From the IMG/VR virus record IMGVR_UViG_3300027793_000064: a stretch of DNA of 64,000 nucleotides, one strand, 5' to 3'. A program made the position numbers and the translations under genes. The stretch comes from an uncultured virus (IMG/VR IMGVR_UViG_3300027793_000064). Lineage: Duplodnaviria > Heunggongvirae > Uroviricota > Caudoviricetes. Under the pieces are notes generated by a model that was not told the origin of the DNA, made no database searches, and saw only the letters and a program-made list of their open reading frames with translations. Of this stretch, positions 21,873-33,700 are shown in pieces. Each line of letters begins with the position of its first letter. Position 1 is the stretch's first letter.

Positions 21873-23456
21873 TTAAAACTGTAAGATTACTTTTACATCT
21901 TCTTTTTGGTTAGAAGATCTTGTTATTCCTGGTCTGTGGTCCACATAGATAATGTCACCAGAGTTTGGCTTTACTTCTGGAAAAGATACTCCAGAAGTAA
22001 ATCTTTGTCCAAGGTTATAATTAACATTATTTATTACTGTTGTTATTCCAGTATATCCATTATCTATTTTTAATGTTAGGGGGAATCCAGTAATATCCAA
22101 TGAACCGCCAGCCAAAATACTACTAGTAAACTGTATTTTTTCATTTCCGTATGTGGAAATATTTTCTGGTTTCCTGTTTCCATTACTATCGTATTCTCCA
22201 CCCAAGTTAAATCCATATGATGATCTATCTTGCCAATATTTCAATACTCCAGTTTTATTATCATAAGATATAACTTTCCCGACAGCTGTGATTCCAGTTC
22301 CAACTGTTTGTGTTATGATAGAATCCGGCTCTATCACTAGTCCTTTGTAATCATTAATTGCATTTTTTCCAATTAGCTTTAGTGCATAAGTTGCACTTGC
22401 TCTATCTTTGTCTAAAACTATATTAGAATTATAATCTAATGGATTATTTACTATTCCAATCCTAGATATTTGATTTCCAGTGATAAAATCTGGATTTGTT
22501 TGATCATTTTCGAATCTGGAATATATTAACAAATTATATGCGCCCAATTCCCTATAAATGTCATACCCATGACCATTTTTTGGTGGAATAATTACATCAA
22601 ATTTTGGCAATGACGCTCCAGTTGGGAAGGCAACATCACTTACATCTACTGTTCCATATGTGTAATTACTTCCGCCATTTGTTACGACTACCGAAGACAC
22701 TCTTTCATCGTTGCCGACAACAATACTTACTCTTCCACCAGAGCCATCACCCAAAATGGGAATATTAGTGTAAATATTTGGCCCCCCTAAAGTTTGCCCA
22801 AAATTTCTAATTACTACTACTTTTATCTGACCACTTTCTATAGCATTGTTTCTTATCAATTGGTATTTTGTGGATGTTTCCCAATCGGAAGGGACAGGAA
22901 TATAATTAAGTGAATCAAATTTTATTACATCATCTATATTTAATGTGTAAAGATATTTCCAAATGTATCCATCTTCGGTCACTTTTGGCTCAAGGTCGGT
23001 AAAATTTGGCTCAATCAATGATGGGACACCTTCAAAATTATTATCAGATGATGCTCCATTAAACAGACAAATGTATACTTTGTAATCAGTATTTAATATA
23101 TAAAAATTTGATTGGTATAAATTTGGCTTCTCTGATGGATTTGATAAATTGTTTCTGCTTATATCATGCCTATACATGTCATAAGTTGATCCAGAAGACC
23201 AAACATTTTTTTTGATGACATGCCTTACATCAGAATCTGGATTTATCCTTTTTAAGGATATCATATTTTCCCAGCAATCATTCTCATCGTCAAATGAGTC
23301 TTTTGGTGGTAATGGACTAGAATCCCAATTTACATCATATTCTGTTTGATTTGGCAACCCAACAAAAGTATATAAGTTATTTTCACCGGATTTTAGTGAA
23401 TTTACAAAACTTTTTGCGTTTAGTATTCTAATTTGATCAGTTATGATTGCTGACAT
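21873..23456 (-). CDS. gp8: Baseplate wedge subunit
   Basis: YDMYRHD, VYICL.NG, DGYIWKYLYT and SGDIIYVDHR motifs. Confidence 0.92.
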   Translation of the reverse strand: MSAIITDQIRILNAKSFVNSLKSGENNLYTFVGLPNQTEYDVNWDSSPLPPKDSFDDENDCWENMISLKRINPDSDVRHVIKKNVWSSGSTYDMYRHDISRNNLSNPSEKPNLYQSNFYILNTDYKVYICLFNGASSDNNFEGVPSLIEPNFTDLEPKVTEDGYIWKYLYTLNIDDVIKFDSLNYIPVPSDWETSTKYQLIRNNAIESGQIKVVVIRNFGQTLGGPNIYTNIPILGDGSGGRVSIVVGNDERVSSVVVTNGGSNYTYGTVDVSDVAFPTGASLPKFDVIIPPKNGHGYDIYRELGAYNLLIYSRFENDQTNPDFITGNQISRIGIVNNPLDYNSNIVLDKDRASATYALKLIGKNAINDYKGLVIEPDSIITQTVGTGITAVGKVISYDNKTGVLKYWQDRSSYGFNLGGEYDSNGNRKPENISTYGNEKIQFTSSILAGGSLDITGFPLTLKIDNGYTGITTVINNVNYNLGQRFTSGVSFPEVKPNSGDIIYVDHRPGITRSSNQKEDVKVILQF

Positions 23457-23477
23457 TTATCTTGTTTTTGATACTAT

Positions 23478-26400
23478 TTATGTTAGATAATTGAAATACC
23501 TTAATGGAGATTTTCTCCTTATAATTGGGGTGTCATTTAGCCCAACTACGCCATAATTTTGAGTTACCGCAAATTCTTTTGGTGATTTTCTAGAATTTGA
23601 CTGGAATTCTATCAATCCCCAGCTATAATTTCCATAAAAATTACTAAATCCAAATCCAGTAAGTCCATTATAATCTTGAACACTAACTACAACTTTAGCT
23701 ACATCAGTGAGACCAATTCCATATGCGTGTGTTTGTCCTATGGATACTGATAGTACTTCATATACATTATCTATAGATATAGTTCCAATTCCAATTACTA
23801 TATTATCACTACCTATTGAATTTAATCCATTTCCTATATTACTATTATATACTTCAAAAAAGTAATTTGTTTTTATGTTGCTAGTATCTATCATTTCATC
23901 TACATATTCCAAATCTCTCAAATAAGAATCAGACTCTATTAGTAGATCAAAGATTAGCCCGGTTTGAGCAACACCAGGAATAGATGTAGCTGCTATTCCT
24001 GTAATTATTCCAAAATCGCCACTATAATTTACATTAGATATGGCCTCTCTTTTTATTTCCAATGGGCCATTTGCTGATATTATTTCTATAGAATTTCTAT
24101 CCTCTGTAACATTATTTTCTTTTTTATTATCGAAAATAGTTTTTACATTACTTACATATATTTGAGTTGTCCCAATTCCGACACTTTTTATTATATTTGT
24201 AGTTGGGTAAATTAATGGCTCATATATTGGCCTATCTTTTGTTATTTGTTTTCCTTGGATCACCAAATCTTGCCTTTGTTTGGTCCAATTTATTGGTCTC
24301 AAAATATCAACATCATCTAATATTCCATTTTTATTATATAAATTTGTTTTTGCTATATCTACAGATGTTATATCTTCTACTAGTCTAAATTCTTGCCTAT
24401 AATTATAGTCATCACTTTCTAACTTAATATAATCCCCTTGTTTTACTGTTTCTAAAATATCAACATCTTTGACATCTATCCCGTTTGTTCCCCTGTAGAA
24501 AATTATTTTACATTTATCTTTATCTCCATTTGGGTATGATTTTAGTGGTTCAGTAAAAGTGATAGTGCTGCCACCATTGAAAAAATATCCAACTCCAGGC
24601 TCTTGTAAAACATCATTTACGAATATCAATAATGTTGCTTCTATGTCGATATTAGATCCCGGCTGTGATACAATAGAGAACCTATTCCCTTGGTATGATA
24701 ATGGAAAAATTCTTTTTTTGCCATCAATTAGATCTGAAATGTCATCTAATAATATGATATTTCCTATTGACCACCCAAAAAATGTATCTGAATATGTTTC
24801 TACTATAGTCAATTGAAATTCTTTGAATTGTCCTAGTGTAGGTATTCCAACCACACCATCTATTGGTATAGTTAATATGTCACCAACAGAATATGAATAT
24901 CCATAATTCTTTACAGTAAAATCTATTACACTAGATCCTTGTCCAACTACGACATCAATGGTTGCTTCAGTTCCAACTCCCGCATTGCCACTATATTTTA
25001 GTGGAATGTCACTATAAGATAATGGGAAATCAAATACAATTTTTGGGGGATTGTATTTTTTGAATTTTACTGATGAATATATTGGTATTGAAGATACTGG
25101 TGCATCTGAACTCGATATGAATACGCTGGATGCTCCTATCCCAACAATATGAGCATTTTTTATGCTGGGTTCAATTGATATAATAGGATATTTTTCTGGA
25201 ATAATCGATACATCTTCTACAAATATTTCAGTGGAAGCAGCTGATACTATTTTTGTGGTTTTTGTTTGGCCTACTAACGGATATGAGGTATATCCAAATC
25301 CAGGATTAGTAATTGCTACTCCAATTATATTTCCATTTGAAACAGTAGCAGTTCCTATAAATTCAATATTTACTGTACTTTCATCTGATGTTTGTACCCC
25401 AACTCTAACTGTTTGTAAATGCCTTCTATATCCAGAACCACTGTTTCCTATGGAAACTCCCTGAATTGTTCCAGATATCGAAACTATTGCTGTACCTCCA
25501 GCGGATACTAGAGGCTGATATCCAAATCCAGCAGTTGAACCAACTGAAACAATAATTCCTCCTCTTGGTATGCTAGCATTATTTGGATCGTATGAAATTG
25601 ATGTTGCGGATCCGGTGAAATTTATTTTTGTACTTGGTCCGACTTCGCTTAAATTGAAATCTTCTGTCGGAATTTGTAATACATTATTAATTAATATTAT
25701 TGACTCATCTTGATAAAAATCCACCAATTGGGTAGATTGCTCTGTTAATTCGAATGTTTTCTGTGATGAATTGAAATCCTCCGATATATCATCAAAAAGA
25801 TAATTTTTTTCGTATGATTCTTCGGATAAAGTTGGATCGCCAGACCGCACAAAAACTCTACCCTGAAAAGTTGATTGTGTAGTGGATTCTATTGGAATTG
25901 ATTCTGATGTATTATATTCTTCTTCTGGTTCAGTTGGCCCATATGGGGCAGAATCAAAATAAATTGTATTCCCAACTATATTATAATTTCCTTTTAATTT
26001 TTGTACTAAATCTCCTGAGCTGTGTGATGATATTCCAGATCCAAGCCAAGGTCTTTTTACAGCGACATAATTGGTACTTCCTATTCCAACTACTTCTATT
26101 TTCATTATTTCTTGATTGATTTTTATCAAATCTCCAGAAAAAAATGAAGATATACCAGAGAAAACTAGAACATCACTTACAAAAGGTAAATTTTGTGTTA
26201 GTGATGTTGTAATTGATGTGCCAACAATTGGGGATTGTATCAAATTATCAATACAAATCAGAGATTTTACATTTTGCTTTGTGGATGTTACATAATGATT
26301 TGCGTCCACTCCCAAAGAGGTAAAGTCAAAAAGTATTGGTGGGTCAAAGAATGCATACTCTGGACTAGAACACAATCCAATCCTGGCATTATCAAATTTA

Positions 26401-27737
26401 TATACATAACAATTTTGTGGCAATTTATTGGTATTTCCGATTCCTGATACATATGCAGTCGTAATTCCTATGGAATTATTTGTCAGGTCTTCATTGAATT
26501 CGTCGGATCTATATAATACCTTTTCTCCAGTAACAAAAAAATGATTTGGCAAATAAATTGAATTCTTATTTAAGTTGACAATTGATGAATTACTTCCATC
26601 AAATGCTCTTTCGAATATTGGAATACCTTTATGAGTTAAATTAAAATTTAATTTATTATTATCATTTCCATATCCAAGTTTAATGGCTGATGTTACAATG
26701 CTAGAATTTTTTAAATCTATTTTTGATGGCGATTTTGGGAGCTGGACAAATCCCAAAGTCTGTTGAAATACTTTTATTTCGACATCTATATTTGGATTGG
26801 GAGTAAAGGCCAACTCAAATATTCCTGAAATATTTGTATCAAAAGTTCCAATGCTGTCATTGGAACTTATTTTACCGTACTCAACAAAAACCGATTCTGT
26901 CAAATTATTTGAAGTCAATAATTCAGAAAATTGTATTTTATTATTTGTAATGTCATTTATTTGTATTATATAATAAGCCGACAAATATTGTATTGGATAT
27001 GTTGATATTACATGTTGTGTTGGACTAGTTGATGCTGCAATCGAAACAGAATTCGAAGAAAAATTAGAATAAGTTAATTGTCTTTCTCCAGACTCTGTAT
27101 ACTCGGTTTTTGCTAAAGAAACTGCAACAACATTAGAAGTATAATTTTCAGATATATCCAAAGGTGAAAAATCTATATTAATGTTGTTCGATCCATCTCT
27201 ATAAAAATTAAATGTTCCTATTCCAGATAAGGACTGAGTTCCTAAGTTTAATCTTCCATATTCTACATTAAAAATGTCAGTATCTGTACTAGTTAAATTT
27301 AATTCTAGGAACTCATATTTTTTTTTATTTCCTGTTAATTCGACAATCAACTTTGATGAACTAAATTTTTCAGGAATTTTGAAAATAGTTTTAGTAATGC
27401 CAGAAGATATCGAAGTATTGGAAGATGCGACGCTTACTACATTTCCCAAATCAAAAAAAGAAGACTCTGTAATAAATTGCTTGGTGTCATAATAAACAAA
27501 CCCATAACTGTAATCATTTATCCTGTCATCTAGAGGAAAAAAATCTAAAACTGCTTGATTTGATGATACAGATAATGAATAACTTCCAATATCTTCTTTT
27601 GTGTGTATCTTTCCATAACTATTTGAAACTACATTATCCCCATCATTTAAAAATGTTAGTATTGATGATTGTACTTTACTGTCATTTATTTCATTCTTTG
27701 TTAATAAAAAGAATTTTGCAGCTCTAGTTTTTGACAT
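23478..27737 (-). CDS. Baseplate wedge / virion structural protein (distal part of the gp7-like locus)
   Basis: 1419-aa ORF with VSVGST.GFGYQPL and GxGY repeats; starts 6 nt after the previous ORF. Confidence 0.75.
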   Translation of the reverse strand: MSKTRAAKFFLLTKNEINDSKVQSSILTFLNDGDNVVSNSYGKIHTKEDIGSYSLSVSSNQAVLDFFPLDDRINDYSYGFVYYDTKQFITESSFFDLGNVVSVASSNTSISSGITKTIFKIPEKFSSSKLIVELTGNKKKYEFLELNLTSTDTDIFNVEYGRLNLGTQSLSGIGTFNFYRDGSNNINIDFSPLDISENYTSNVVAVSLAKTEYTESGERQLTYSNFSSNSVSIAASTSPTQHVISTYPIQYLSAYYIIQINDITNNKIQFSELLTSNNLTESVFVEYGKISSNDSIGTFDTNISGIFELAFTPNPNIDVEIKVFQQTLGFVQLPKSPSKIDLKNSSIVTSAIKLGYGNDNNKLNFNLTHKGIPIFERAFDGSNSSIVNLNKNSIYLPNHFFVTGEKVLYRSDEFNEDLTNNSIGITTAYVSGIGNTNKLPQNCYVYKFDNARIGLCSSPEYAFFDPPILFDFTSLGVDANHYVTSTKQNVKSLICIDNLIQSPIVGTSITTSLTQNLPFVSDVLVFSGISSFFSGDLIKINQEIMKIEVVGIGSTNYVAVKRPWLGSGISSHSSGDLVQKLKGNYNIVGNTIYFDSAPYGPTEPEEEYNTSESIPIESTTQSTFQGRVFVRSGDPTLSEESYEKNYLFDDISEDFNSSQKTFELTEQSTQLVDFYQDESIILINNVLQIPTEDFNLSEVGPSTKINFTGSATSISYDPNNASIPRGGIIVSVGSTAGFGYQPLVSAGGTAIVSISGTIQGVSIGNSGSGYRRHLQTVRVGVQTSDESTVNIEFIGTATVSNGNIIGVAITNPGFGYTSYPLVGQTKTTKIVSAASTEIFVEDVSIIPEKYPIISIEPSIKNAHIVGIGASSVFISSSDAPVSSIPIYSSVKFKKYNPPKIVFDFPLSYSDIPLKYSGNAGVGTEATIDVVVGQGSSVIDFTVKNYGYSYSVGDILTIPIDGVVGIPTLGQFKEFQLTIVETYSDTFFGWSIGNIILLDDISDLIDGKKRIFPLSYQGNRFSIVSQPGSNIDIEATLLIFVNDVLQEPGVGYFFNGGSTITFTEPLKSYPNGDKDKCKIIFYRGTNGIDVKDVDILETVKQGDYIKLESDDYNYRQEFRLVEDITSVDIAKTNLYNKNGILDDVDILRPINWTKQRQDLVIQGKQITKDRPIYEPLIYPTTNIIKSVGIGTTQIYVSNVKTIFDNKKENNVTEDRNSIEIISANGPLEIKREAISNVNYSGDFGIITGIAATSIPGVAQTGLIFDLLIESDSYLRDLEYVDEMIDTSNIKTNYFFEVYNSNIGNGLNSIGSDNIVIGIGTISIDNVYEVLSVSIGQTHAYGIGLTDVAKVVVSVQDYNGLTGFGFSNFYGNYSWGLIEFQSNSRKSPKEFAVTQNYGVVGLNDTPIIRRKSPLRYFNYLT

Positions 27738-27743
27738 TGTAAT

Positions 27744-30700
27744 TTAAATATTGATGGCAGTTACAAGGGTTGATCTTTGAGTCGTATTAAATTGGCTACT
27801 AATATCATCTATTGTTAGCACTCTATTACCAATAGATTGAGAGTGATCTTGTAATTTAGTAGAATTAAATGCAATTTCGTCGGATGAAAGTTGACCATTC
27901 AAATTAAATACATTTGACTCAATTCCAAGATCAAAATCATATTTACACTCTAAGTCTATAACGGTATTTAGATCAGATATTGCATTATAAGATCCTTGGT
28001 CTTGAGTTGTCGAAATTCCACTGATTCCTATTGCATCGGATTCTACTGATAGGTCTCCAAATTTCTTAAAGCCCACTGTATGGGTAGTAGAATCTACTAT
28101 TTCACTCCATTTTTCGAGTGGTATTCTAGATTTGACAGAATATGAAAAATATTGATAGTAATCGTTATCTGGTATACGCTGATTATTTTGATTTAGGAAT
28201 CCAGTTGTAGTTTGCCAACCTTTATTTCTAATAGAATAATAATCAATGTTATAAGATGATTCCGACTGTATCACTTCTGTTATTTTTCCTATGGCCCCAG
28301 ATGTTTTTCCTATCAATAATGAATTGACATTAAAATTACTTATTGTTTGTATTTTTGCGTAACCAGTTTTGTCGCTCCAATTATTAACTACTCCATATGA
28401 ACTATTTGATTCTACTGTTTCTCCGGCCAAATATGAATTCAGTTTAATTGTAGTCTTAAATTTTGGTATATTCTTTTCTGGAATGATAGATCCTTTGGAG
28501 TTTATAGTATTATATGTTCCTAGTTGTTTCGCGTCAGATAAAAAGTCAGTCATATCATAATATACATAAGCTTTATTGTCACCAATTGATGTGGTTATTC
28601 CAGTTATGGTGAAATAATTATATTCATATTCACTTGAATTGTAGCCAATATAATTAGATTCCGTTTCTATTATGGATGTATTTTCTACTAATACTTTATC
28701 ATTTATAGAAATAGGAAGTGAATTTGTGTCTGTATATTCTTTTTCTAGATATGCGGTAACTCTTTTTAGAAGGGGATCATAGGATAAAGAATTTATTCCA
28801 ACTCCATTTGAGTTATTAATGGGTATAATTTTTGGCTCAGTATTACTAAAACCATTTGAATTTTTGATTATTAAGACTGAGCCACTAATATAATCAAATT
28901 GTAAAATTATGTCATTTACGACTTCATTAGTTATTTGATCTACAACCAATAAGTCCGGAGAATAATTGTAATCTTTTCCAATGTAAGTGCATACTATAGA
29001 ATCTATGGTAGAAAATGGGTCTATTTTCACAACAGTAGGGAAATTTACTGTTGGTCTTATTGTTGGATCAATCGAATAATCATATCCAATATCATTTATT
29101 TCTGTAGATTTAATTTTTCCAATAGATGAGCTAATGGGAAAAATTATAGCATTTTTTCCATAATTGCTTGTTATTGTGGTTATTCCAGGTAATTTTTTAT
29201 ATTTGCTGCCACCAGATATTACTTTTATGTCGTATATTCCACCAAACGCTGTCTTTGAATTAGTGGAATATCTCATAAAAGAATTATTTACATCATATTT
29301 TTCTATTTCTGGTAAATATTGTAATTGATAATTAAATGCTGTGGAGCCAATTCCAGTAATAATGTGAACCCCAGAATATTCACTACTAAAAATATTTACG
29401 CTGTTATTTTTTATTATTGTATCATCAATATAGATTTCATTCTTTATTTCTGGTAGGCTATTATCAATTACTGGAGTTAATCGATAATATAATTTTATAG
29501 GAGTCAATTCTGTAGTGTTTAATTCCAATCTAGCTCCACTATCAATACCAACATTTCCCGTTTTAATTACTTCCAAGATTCCATTTTCATTATAATAATA
29601 TTTTTCATTATAATTTGGATCTTTATACAAATCAAAACTAAATGCCGACTTATTTTGTAGTCCGTCATTGAAAGATAAACTAAAATCAGATAAATCAAAA
29701 ATTATTTTTTGGCCTACTATGATATCTAAACTTGAATTTATTTCTTTCAAGTTCCCAAAAGAAGATTCAGTTATATTGATGGGTTTATCAGAAATGAAAG
29801 CATCGTGATAACTCTTCGATAGCTTTAATCTATCTCCATCTACTATACTTACATAATAAATTGAATCATCATCAAGTTCTGGGGATGGCAAATTTGAATT
29901 GTAAATTAACGATTGTCCTGTATAATAACCATGATTTGGTATAGTAAATATACTATTTGATGTATCAATTCCTGAAAATTGCTTTTCTCTCGAAATCAAT
30001 CTTCTATTTCTATCGTTATATTTAATTTTTATTGTGGTCGAAATTCCAGAAATTACATTCAAATTAACTCGATCGCCCAAATTCAATCCATGAGTTGACG
30101 CAGTAGAAACTGTGGAAATATTTTTTTGTATTTTTGCCCTTACTGTATTATTATTTACTCTAAAACTATGATTTTCGCTTGTTCCATAACCAACAAAATA
30201 TAAAAATGGATACTTATTTGTTACCGTACTTACATAATTTAATTCAGTTCCTATTGCCACTCTAGTACTAGATACTCCTATGAAATCGTCCGAGACCTTA
30301 ATTGCGTATAATGATGTGATTTGGTCGAGTTCAAATGTTGTGGACCCATTTGAAACTTGGATTGAATTTCCACCGTTAGTGTAGTAATTTAAATTTGTGT
30401 TATCTGATAAGTTATGGTTTTTTAAATATAAATTGCCAGGGGAAATTGATATCGATGTCGTCCCTATCCCAGAATAATACACTTCTACCAAAGAACTGGC
30501 AGTTGTGCCAAATCCAACTACTTTTTTTGGATCGAAGTATATTTCTCTATTTCTATTTTCTGAAGCATATCCATCTACACTATTAAAATAAAATTTTCTT
30601 GTCAATTCTGTTAATTTTGTAGTTGCAGTGTGCGCAGCACCAATCGGATCTCTCAAAACAGTAATTTTTAAATCATTTGGATGTATTCTGAGTATCTTTA

Positions 30701-33700
30701 CTGTTTCGTCCTCTATTTTATAGTAATCATTTTCAATAATATATGACTCATCTAGAATTCCAATAACTGAAAAGTCTGTAATAATTCCAGTCTGAGACGC
30801 ATCTCCTATTCCAGAAGATAGAAGTAAAGAATTGGAGCTAACGCCTATTTGAGAATACTGATTTATTTTATTTGATATGGAAAGATCGTTATTTCCAACT
30901 ATTGATACGAAATCAAAATCTTCCAAAAGATGTGGAGCAGTAGACAAACCAAGAACAAAAGGAGAATTTTTTATTCTAACTAATTCTACATCAGAAATTG
31001 AATAATTGTCATTTTTTATTTCTAATATTTTTTTCCCCTCTACTGATCCGACTATTGCACTAGCATCAGTTCCTTCTGTTCCCAAGTTATCAAAATTTAT
31101 GGAATCCCCTACGGAATAATTTTCCCCCGAAGTCAAAATACCAATAGAATCTAGTGATGAGTATTGGACCGAAACAATTTTTGAATTTTGACTTATTTCT
31201 TTATTGGGATTAGATAGAAAATCGTAACTAGAATTTTCGGAGTCAACAAAATAAAAATAAGTATTTCTTAATAATCTAGTCGAAAAATAATCAAAAGTGT
31301 TTTGTGAAATATTTGGTTGGAAGTTGTGATCTATTTTTTTTGATTTGTAGTAATTTCCTATGAAATATGGGAACTCCGGAACAAAATCATCATCTGCAGA
31401 TAGAGTCGAAAAGTAAGCATAAGTTCCATTTGGGTATTCTGGTGTAATGCAATACCTTCCATTAAATTCATCCAAATCACCATTTCCAATATATTCATAA
31501 TCCTCAATAAAAAATCCATTGGGAAAAATAAATTTATCATTTATTTTTTCTGGTGGTCTAGTATCAAGATCTAATGTCGGATTTAACTTATATCCAGATT
31601 TCATTTTTCTCACTTTTCCAACGATATTTGGATCATCGTAACCATATGGACCATATATTGGATTCCCATCATATGCCCATCCAATAATGGGAGAATGGTA
31701 TTTTATAGTAGAAATAGAATTTTCGTAGTCTGGTCTTACGATTGTGTTTCCTCTTTCGTCTAAGAATTTTGAATATATTTTCTGACGCAACTTATTTGGA
31801 CAATAAACATGACAATATTTTATGGCATCATACTCATTAAAGTATAAAACACCATCGTCCGGTGAATTTAAATTATTTGAATTTAATATTCTAGAAGCAT
31901 AATTTATTTGCCACGATTTTATCTTTGCTTCAAAGGTAGCATTTTTTCCGTATGTTACTATTTCTATGCTAGTATTTTTTTGTTCATATCCATATCCACC
32001 ACTTACAACTATCACTCCTTTTATTTTCCCATCTTCTAGTACTGGACTCAATATGCATCCTGTACCAGTTCCAGATACAAATAAATCCGGAATTGAGTAA
32101 TAATCCGATCCTTCATTGAGCACATAAACTTCTTTTACTACCCCATTTAAAATATTTGCTTGTAATTGGGCATTTTTTCCAATTTTTATATTGAAATTTG
32201 GTTGCTTTTTATAATTTATTATGTCGGAAGAACCATAGCCAATTCCACCATTCTCAACATAAACATTTGTAATATTTCCCCTAAAAACAGGAATAATTTT
32301 TGCTTGATGTAATTCTTTAGAATAAGACGATATGCCAGTTAACCCATCTATTTCAACTGAGATTGGCTCATGTCTAAAAATGTGAGTTCCTATTCCGGAA
32401 TCTATAAGATTTAAAAATTGATTTGTTTTGAAGTATGCATCTTTTGCTGTCGATCCGACACCAACTGGATATATTTGAAATTCATTTTCATCTACTCTAT
32501 TCACATAATATGTCGAAGAGCTAAATCCTATTGGATTTATTCCAGTACAGACATAACTCACAACATCGCCAGTCAAATATCCATGATTATTTGCTACGAT
32601 GGCATTTCTATATGTGTTTATTCCAGACGAAGGGACTGAAACATAGTTATTTCTGTAATTTTTTCCTTGGTTAATGATAGAAATTGAACCAATTTTTGAT
32701 TTTTTCTGTTTTGCTACTATTTTTTGGGTTCCTGTTCCATATGAAGTAAGATTTATTTCGAGCCCAGACAAGGCATTTATTTTGGTTTCGTATAACTTTA
32801 TTGTATAATCGTCTTCTACTGTTGCAAAATATGTGGAAGATGTAACTAGTCCTACAATAGCAGAATTTCCATTTGTTTCATATATTACTTCCTCATAGTC
32901 TCTAAATTTGTGATAAGTAGAAAATGATATAGTATTAGTACTTAAGTTGACAAAATTAATAGAAGGGATAAATTCTACTTCATGAGTAAATGTAATTAGA
33001 TTTGCTTTAGCTTGAGCCCCCGACCCATTTCCACCTAATACTTTTATTTTTGGCTCTTCAATATAGTCAAAACCACCATCTAACAAATCAATTTTTTCCA
33101 ATATGCCATTGACTTCTGGATATACTTTTGCAACATTTGCTGTTGATAATCCAGGAGAAACTTCTATTGTAGGTAAATTTATTATGTCATAATCTTCACC
33201 ATTGGAAACTATATCAACTTTTTCTATGTTTCCATAATATAGAAAATTATTTGTTTTATAATTTAATATTTCTACTCCATTCATCAAAATACCAGTTGTT
33301 CCTGGAGTCGTCTCTTCTAGTACATCGACTTGTTCTGGTAATGATATTTTTTTTATCAAATCAATATTTTTTATTTCCTTTAATTCCTTTGATTCTGTTA
33401 AGTAAGTTTTTGGATATAATCCCCCAGAAATTTGAGAGTCGATTTTTTCCCATGCATTTTCTTTGTAAATATAATACCAAACTTCTATATTTTTCGTGTC
33501 GTCGAATATTATAACAAATTCATTTTTTTGGAAAAAATAATTACTGGCTAATAACTCTATTTTATCCAAATCAGAATATAATATTTCTTTTAAATTTCTA
33601 GAAGAATATATTCTATTAAATGTAATGGGACTATATCTTGAAAAATATATGTCTGATCTATTTTTAAATAGTCTTAATTCGTCATCATCTACATTTTCTG